DNA of 64,000 bases from a virus, in IMG/VR virus record IMGVR_UViG_3300026484_000157, positions 32,001-96,000 of that record, one strand, 5' to 3'. The notes beneath the pieces are model-generated. The model saw only the letters and a list, made by a program, of their open reading frames with translations. It searched no databases and was not told the DNA's origin. Both the position numbers and the translations under genes were made by a program. Each line of letters opens with the position of its first letter. Position 1 is the stretch's first letter. This document shows, piece by piece, positions 59,521 through 64,000 of the stretch.

Positions 59521-59649
59521 TTAGAGTTGGACATCGGATAGAGCAAAACAATCTACAATAGTGAAGTTGTTATCCTTAGTAGAACTTGCAAAAATCGTAT
59601 AAGACATAAAATCCTATGACTCTATCAGGTGTTCAACTCTAATAAAACT
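59514..59649 (+). ncRNA. Candidate structured RNA with anti-leader seed
   Basis: 30-nt arms pairing with 27 WC, 2 G-U and 1 mismatch; loop contains GTTGTTATCCTT. Confidence 0.55.
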
Positions 59650-59676
59650 CAAATTTCAACAAAGGATTCGGAAACC

Positions 59677-61089
59677 ATGGCAAAGAAAAATAAAGAAAAA
59701 CCATTTGATTATGAAACATACAGGGATCTACTTACTAGAGTTCCAACTCATGAAGAAGCTAAAGCAATTCATAAAACATTAGCACCTAAAATCAGATCAT
59801 TAGCACCAGAAGAATATTATAATATGGATTCTGAAAAATTATGGGAATATGCAGTTGCTTATTCTTGGGATGCACATATAAGCCCTTTTAATTATGGGGA
59901 TAATACTCCAAATATCAAAGATCTAAATAACCTACTTAAAGTTAATACAAGAGCAAATATCAATGCTCAACTTGAAATAGGAAGAGGTACAAATGGTCTT
60001 AAATTCCTTAATTATTATGTTAAGGAATATTTATACAACACAGAAATTGGTGGCAGAAGTAAAACTATGATTGAAGCTAAAGATGATATTTCTTTTGTTT
60101 ATAAAGTTGTAATCAAATTAATGTACCACTCTTGTACTAATATAACAAGAAACAACATATATTCATTTTTCAAAATTGCATCTATCCAAGTTCCATCAAA
60201 CTTCAAACCTGCAGTTGCTTCAGTACTATGGGATAAGCTTGGAATTCAAAAGTTAGATAAAGATGCTACCCAATTAAATATTCTATGCCCATCAGAGGGT
60301 TGGGTATCAAGATGTTTATCGTCATATAAAATTGCACATGATAATCCACATATAAAGATAAGATATCATACAATAGATCCTAATCCACAAGTAAAAGTTG
60401 CATATAATACAATGACTAAATTTCTTAAAAATTTTGGTGGTTTCAATCGAGTTAAAAATTGGGAGACTACCTACCATTTCGGTGGATCTCAAGACATAGA
60501 ATCAATCCCAACCGACTTAATAGGTAGTATGGATGTAGTTGGAACATCTCCACCTTATTTTGGAATAACTGAGTTATACGGCTTTAACATTGCATTAATA
60601 GGGGACAATGAATTTGATCCAACTAAAGGATTCCAAACTGATCATGGCAATATGATGGTTGAAGATCTACCAGAGTTCCTAGTAACAAACCCAACTGCAG
60701 ACTCGGTTACTCAATTTGATAAAGAATTTAAAATAATAAAAACTAATGATCTTGAGAAAGATTTCACATCAGCAAACCCAAATTGTGTTTATTTTTGGGA
60801 GGCATCACAAGCATCTAACATTGACTCATACACTGGTTGGCAAGAAGAATATTTAAGACCGACAATTACAAATGCACATATAGCACTTAAAGAAAATGGA
60901 TATTTATGGATAAATGTTGCAAATTCTAAGGGTATGCCTACATTTGAGGACGATGTAACCAAAATTGTTGAAGAATGTGGATTTGAACATGTCGAAACAT
61001 ATAAAATGCTAATATCAAGATCACCTGCTCTTAAAGACAAAACTAAAAATAAACCATTTGAACCAATTTTCATATTTAAGAAGAGATAA
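59677..61089 (+). CDS. Amino-type DNA methyltransferase-like protein (N4C/N6A)
   Basis: SNFKPAVA, CPSEGWVSR (divergent motif I), IDPN, TSPPYF (motif IV), LKENGYLWINV; start ATG 59677 after SD AAGGA. Confidence 0.75.
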   Translation: MAKKNKEKPFDYETYRDLLTRVPTHEEAKAIHKTLAPKIRSLAPEEYYNMDSEKLWEYAVAYSWDAHISPFNYGDNTPNIKDLNNLLKVNTRANINAQLEIGRGTNGLKFLNYYVKEYLYNTEIGGRSKTMIEAKDDISFVYKVVIKLMYHSCTNITRNNIYSFFKIASIQVPSNFKPAVASVLWDKLGIQKLDKDATQLNILCPSEGWVSRCLSSYKIAHDNPHIKIRYHTIDPNPQVKVAYNTMTKFLKNFGGFNRVKNWETTYHFGGSQDIESIPTDLIGSMDVVGTSPPYFGITELYGFNIALIGDNEFDPTKGFQTDHGNMMVEDLPEFLVTNPTADSVTQFDKEFKIIKTNDLEKDFTSANPNCVYFWEASQASNIDSYTGWQEEYLRPTITNAHIALKENGYLWINVANSKGMPTFEDDVTKIVEECGFEHVETYKMLISRSPALKDKTKNKPFEPIFIFKKR

Positions 61090-61132
61090 CCTCTTCTTAT
61101 AAATTCCATATAAACATAAAAAGGATAACAAC
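61075..61132 (+). promoter_or_regulatory. Promoter plus AAGGATAACAAC leader
   Basis: TTTAAG-N17-TATAAA; overlapping AAGAAGAG/CTCTTCTT hairpin. Confidence 0.6.
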
Positions 61133-61756
61133 ATGGCAGTAGTACTTAATCAATTACTATCTTTAAGAAAAGAACTGATGGAGATAGTGGTAAAACCAGC
61201 AGAAACATTTACAACATTTGAACAAGATATTTCTGAAATATTCAAAGAAATTAAGGGATTAGTATCAGATTGGTCTAAATCAGATTACCCATCATATAAA
61301 GTTGCAAAATCGTTTCTTGAAAAAGACGAGGATGGTGGTTATACAATTTCTAAAGGAGAATCTCTTTGGGTAATACACACTGCAATTTACAACATCCAAG
61401 AGATCAACACTAAAATATCAATAGATTTATATGATAAAGCAGTGGAAATCCATTCTCTTGCAAAGTCATTACACAATTCATTAAAAGTTGAATTACAAAA
61501 CAATGAGAAATTATTAATGCTAATTTCTACAAAGACCGATCAAGCTAGAGAAGTAGACTTCATTATGAATAATACTAATCTACATTGGTCAACTATAGAC
61601 ATGAGATTCAAACAGATTAAAAACCTTGTAAATTATATGGAAGATCAAAGTAGTGCTTTAAATAGATTAGATTCTGCACTTAGATTGAAGCAATCAATTG
61701 ATTCTACGGCAGCATTTGAAGCAATATCTACGAGTAATACGATTGAAATTGAATAA
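61133..61756 (+). CDS. Hypothetical helical protein
   Basis: 207 aa with conserved leader. Confidence 0.5.
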   Translation: MAVVLNQLLSLRKELMEIVVKPAETFTTFEQDISEIFKEIKGLVSDWSKSDYPSYKVAKSFLEKDEDGGYTISKGESLWVIHTAIYNIQEINTKISIDLYDKAVEIHSLAKSLHNSLKVELQNNEKLLMLISTKTDQAREVDFIMNNTNLHWSTIDMRFKQIKNLVNYMEDQSSALNRLDSALRLKQSIDSTAAFEAISTSNTIEIE

Positions 61757-61768
61757 AAGGAATATATT

Positions 61769-61975
61769 ATGAATGATGACAAAATAGAACAACCAGATAC
61801 AGGATTTATTGAAGCATATGGTCAAGTTTCTATGGATGACAATACACAATACCCTAGAGGTGAGAGACCAGAATTTATTCATGTTGATGAAGTTCCAACT
61901 ACAAGAGTGAACCTTACTGAACTGACTCGAACTAAGAACTATACAGTGGAAGATGATGATGGTTACATTGACTAA
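61769..61975 (+). CDS. Hypothetical acidic protein
   Basis: 68 aa, SD AAGGA. Confidence 0.45.
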   Translation: MNDDKIEQPDTGFIEAYGQVSMDDNTQYPRGERPEFIHVDEVPTTRVNLTELTRTKNYTVEDDDGYID

Positions 61976-62447
61976 GAAGTCAGTACTCAGTTATGAATGT
62001 GAGATAAAAAGGTTAAATGAGTTAGTGAGAGTTTATAGATATGATTTTCTCACTAACCTTAAGATGAGGAGAGATTATTTTAATGATCTCAAAGAAAACA
62101 ATAATAAATGGTTAACTATCATTGATATTAATGATCTTCATACATTGAATCGGCATCCTGATGGTGGATATGAAGCAGGTGATCGATTAATAATCGACAC
62201 AGTAAATGCTCTGAAAGAAATATCTGAAACAGCAAATTTTAACAAAGATAATATCTACAGAATTGGTGGTGATGAATTTGCTATAATCAGTGACCACAAA
62301 ATAGAACAGTATCTAACATCAATAGATAGAATAACTTTTGCTTCTGAAAAAATAATCCATAATACAGACTACTTTAATTTAATAGATATGAAAATTAAAA
62401 CTAAAAAGCGACTCCTTTATAAAAATGCAGAGAAAAGATCAAATTAA
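61953..62447 (+). CDS. Stand-alone GGDEF (diguanylate cyclase) domain protein
   Basis: YDFLTNL, IIDINDLHTLN, GYEAGDRLI, YRIGGDEFAII. Confidence 0.88.
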   Translation: MMMVTLTKKSVLSYECEIKRLNELVRVYRYDFLTNLKMRRDYFNDLKENNNKWLTIIDINDLHTLNRHPDGGYEAGDRLIIDTVNALKEISETANFNKDNIYRIGGDEFAIISDHKIEQYLTSIDRITFASEKIIHNTDYFNLIDMKIKTKKRLLYKNAEKRSN

Positions 62448-62457
62448 AGGATAACAA

Positions 62458-62814
62458 ATGGTTTCACACCTACTCTCAAATTTAGAGAATGAAGAAATAA
62501 TTGCTAGAGTTCAAAAGATAATAGATGCAATATCTTTCAAAACAATCACATCATCAATGAATGGAGTTAATCCATTAAGTGGTAGTTATGAATCTGCAAG
62601 TGCATCTGTAACTATCGATGCTGACATTTCAGATATCAATCATGACGATATAATGATTGCTAATGTCTGTCTGTCTTATTTAAACAGAAGAGCAGTTTTA
62701 TTATCGTGGTATCAAACTGGACTAATTAAGTCTACTCAATATAAGGAACAATCTACACTTATCTTGGATAGATCAACCAAATTATTAAATCAAATGGCAA
62801 AATCAAATGGTTAA
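62458..62814 (+). CDS. Hypothetical protein
   Basis: 118 aa, leader AAGGATAACAA. Confidence 0.5.
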   Translation: MVSHLLSNLENEEIIARVQKIIDAISFKTITSSMNGVNPLSGSYESASASVTIDADISDINHDDIMIANVCLSYLNRRAVLLSWYQTGLIKSTQYKEQSTLILDRSTKLLNQMAKSNG

Positions 62815-64000
62815 TTATGAATTAGACCTTATTGGTCGGTTTGTTTCTGAAATGAAAGCCACAACAAAGGCAAAAGAAAAAGCACTTATTTTGGAACATT
62901 ATCTACTTAATTACACTCATACTATTAGTAGAATTTACAAGATTGCTTTTGATAGTAATTATCAAACATTCATAACTAGTGTTCCAAAAGCTAAAGAATT
63001 CTCTTATGATAAAGATGCATATGATTATTTTGTTGAACTTACTAATAGAATAATCAATGACAACGAACGAATCAAGCGAGATGAATGGGCACAATTGGTA
63101 TTCCTTTTGCAACAGTCTGTTTCTGAAAAAATTCAAGCTATTCTTGGTGACATAATGATCAAAAAATTAACTGTCGGTGCAGGTGTATCAAGTTATAATA
63201 AAATTGCTAAAAGGCTAGGATTGGATCTATTATTTGAGCATAAAGAGATGAAGGTTTCAAATTTGTCTGATGCAGAAATAAACTGGGAATCTGGGGTTAT
63301 GGTAGGCACAAAATATGATGGCTCAAATGGATCATATAAAAAAGGTATAATCTATAGCAGAAACGGAAGTCCAATTTTTACCAAACCAATGGAAGATGCA
63401 TTAGAACCATTAATAGATAGTGGATATGTTATCTGTGGAGAACTTTATAATAAAGAAAGTAGACAATCTGCTAATGGTATTATAAATTCGTGTATAAAAA
63501 TGGGATATGACACTAAATTACCAGTCGAGCAATTATCATTTGCAGTATTCGATGTAGTTCCAATTGAAGATTATGAAAATGGACATTGTGCAATTCCCTA
63601 TGAGGATAGAATTGCTAAGGCTGATGAGCTTATTGCTGAAATAAATCATCCAAAGATTCATGTAGTCGAACAAACGATAGTCCATTCTATGTCTGAAGCA
63701 TACAAGATGTATAGAGACATTAGATCAGACATCACTAAAATTGGCTATGAAGAAGGTATAATCATAAATAACAGAGATGCAATTTATGAAGCCAAAAGAT
63801 CTAAGTATCGTGCAAGAATTAAGGACAAACATACTGCAGACTTATATGTGAGAGGATGGAAACAACATAGAACTAATCCATCAATGGTTGGAAGTCTTCT
63901 TGTTGAAACTTCTGATAAAAGAATATCAGTTTGGGTTGGCTCAGGTCTAAAAGATTCACATATGATAGATTTCTTTGAGAGAAGAGATAATCTAGATGGA
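62807..64000 (+). CDS. ATP-dependent DNA ligase (runs off window end; not in ORF track)
   Basis: My translation from ATG 62807: TKYDG (motif I), SRNG, ICGEL, FAVFD, EEGIII, KRS...IK. Confidence 0.88.
   Translation, partial: MVNYELDLIGRFVSEMKATTKAKEKALILEHYLLNYTHTISRIYKIAFDSNYQTFITSVPKAKEFSYDKDAYDYFVELTNRIINDNERIKRDEWAQLVFLLQQSVSEKIQAILGDIMIKKLTVGAGVSSYNKIAKRLGLDLLFEHKEMKVSNLSDAEINWESGVMVGTKYDGSNGSYKKGIIYSRNGSPIFTKPMEDALEPLIDSGYVICGELYNKESRQSANGIINSCIKMGYDTKLPVEQLSFAVFDVVPIEDYENGHCAIPYEDRIAKADELIAEINHPKIHVVEQTIVHSMSEAYKMYRDIRSDITKIGYEEGIIINNRDAIYEAKRSKYRARIKDKHTADLYVRGWKQHRTNPSMVGSLLVETSDKRISVWVGSGLKDSHMIDFFERRDNLDG

Noticed and set aside
59514-59649. CRISPR repeat/tracrRNA or retron msr-msd interpretation of the long inverted repeat (begins GTTTTA)
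   Set aside because: No direct repeats with spacers, and no cas or reverse transcriptase gene in the window
59629-59676. N-terminal extension of the methyltransferase from GTG 59629
   Set aside because: It falls within the 3' arm of the stem; ATG 59677 has a proper SD and shared leader motif
294-63136. Minus-strand ORFs in the track
   Set aside because: All are short shadows of + strand genes, with no motifs or convincing SD
1-64000. Stop-codon reassignment as the cause of gene fragmentation
   Set aside because: Genes tile densely under the standard code, and TAA, TAG and TGA all end credible genes; polymerase pieces are in different frames and out of order
1-64000. tRNA, rRNA, integrase, transposase, DGR
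   Set aside because: No recognisable signatures seen; intergenic gaps are short

Overview
A 64 kb, AT-rich segment of a large contractile-tailed (myovirus-like) phage genome. Essentially every credible gene is on the + strand. Spanin-like genes indicate a Gram-negative host, and the dimeric dUTPase and promoter style suggest Campylobacterota (inference). Layout: 1-16.4 kb baseplate module (gp53-, hub-, gp5-, PAAR-, gp25-, gp6-like, DUF4815-like). 16.4-28.6 kb tail fibre/adhesin and structural genes with an M15 endolysin. 28.6-33.5 kb holin and spanins translationally coupled to a response regulator, a sensor histidine kinase and an outer-membrane beta-barrel. 33.5-64 kb replication and nucleotide genes plus small early genes: SNF2, DnaB, SLT, two unrelated dUTPases, sigma-like factor, UvrD with mini-intein, PLP enzyme, dNMP kinase, SSB, methyltransferase, GGDEF, ATP-dependent ligase. 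Five observations stand out. (1) A 136-nt stem-loop element whose loop is the exact antisense of the 12-nt ribosome-binding leader shared by at least five genes. (2) A family A DNA polymerase broken into non-collinear pieces. (3) An atypical split intein (15-aa IntC) in that polymerase, fractured by a free-standing endonuclease gene. (4) A signalling cassette attached to the lysis genes. (5) Repeated promoter-inside-hairpin arrangements that would occlude ribosome-binding sites. All assignments come from motif recognition by eye; no database searches were run.
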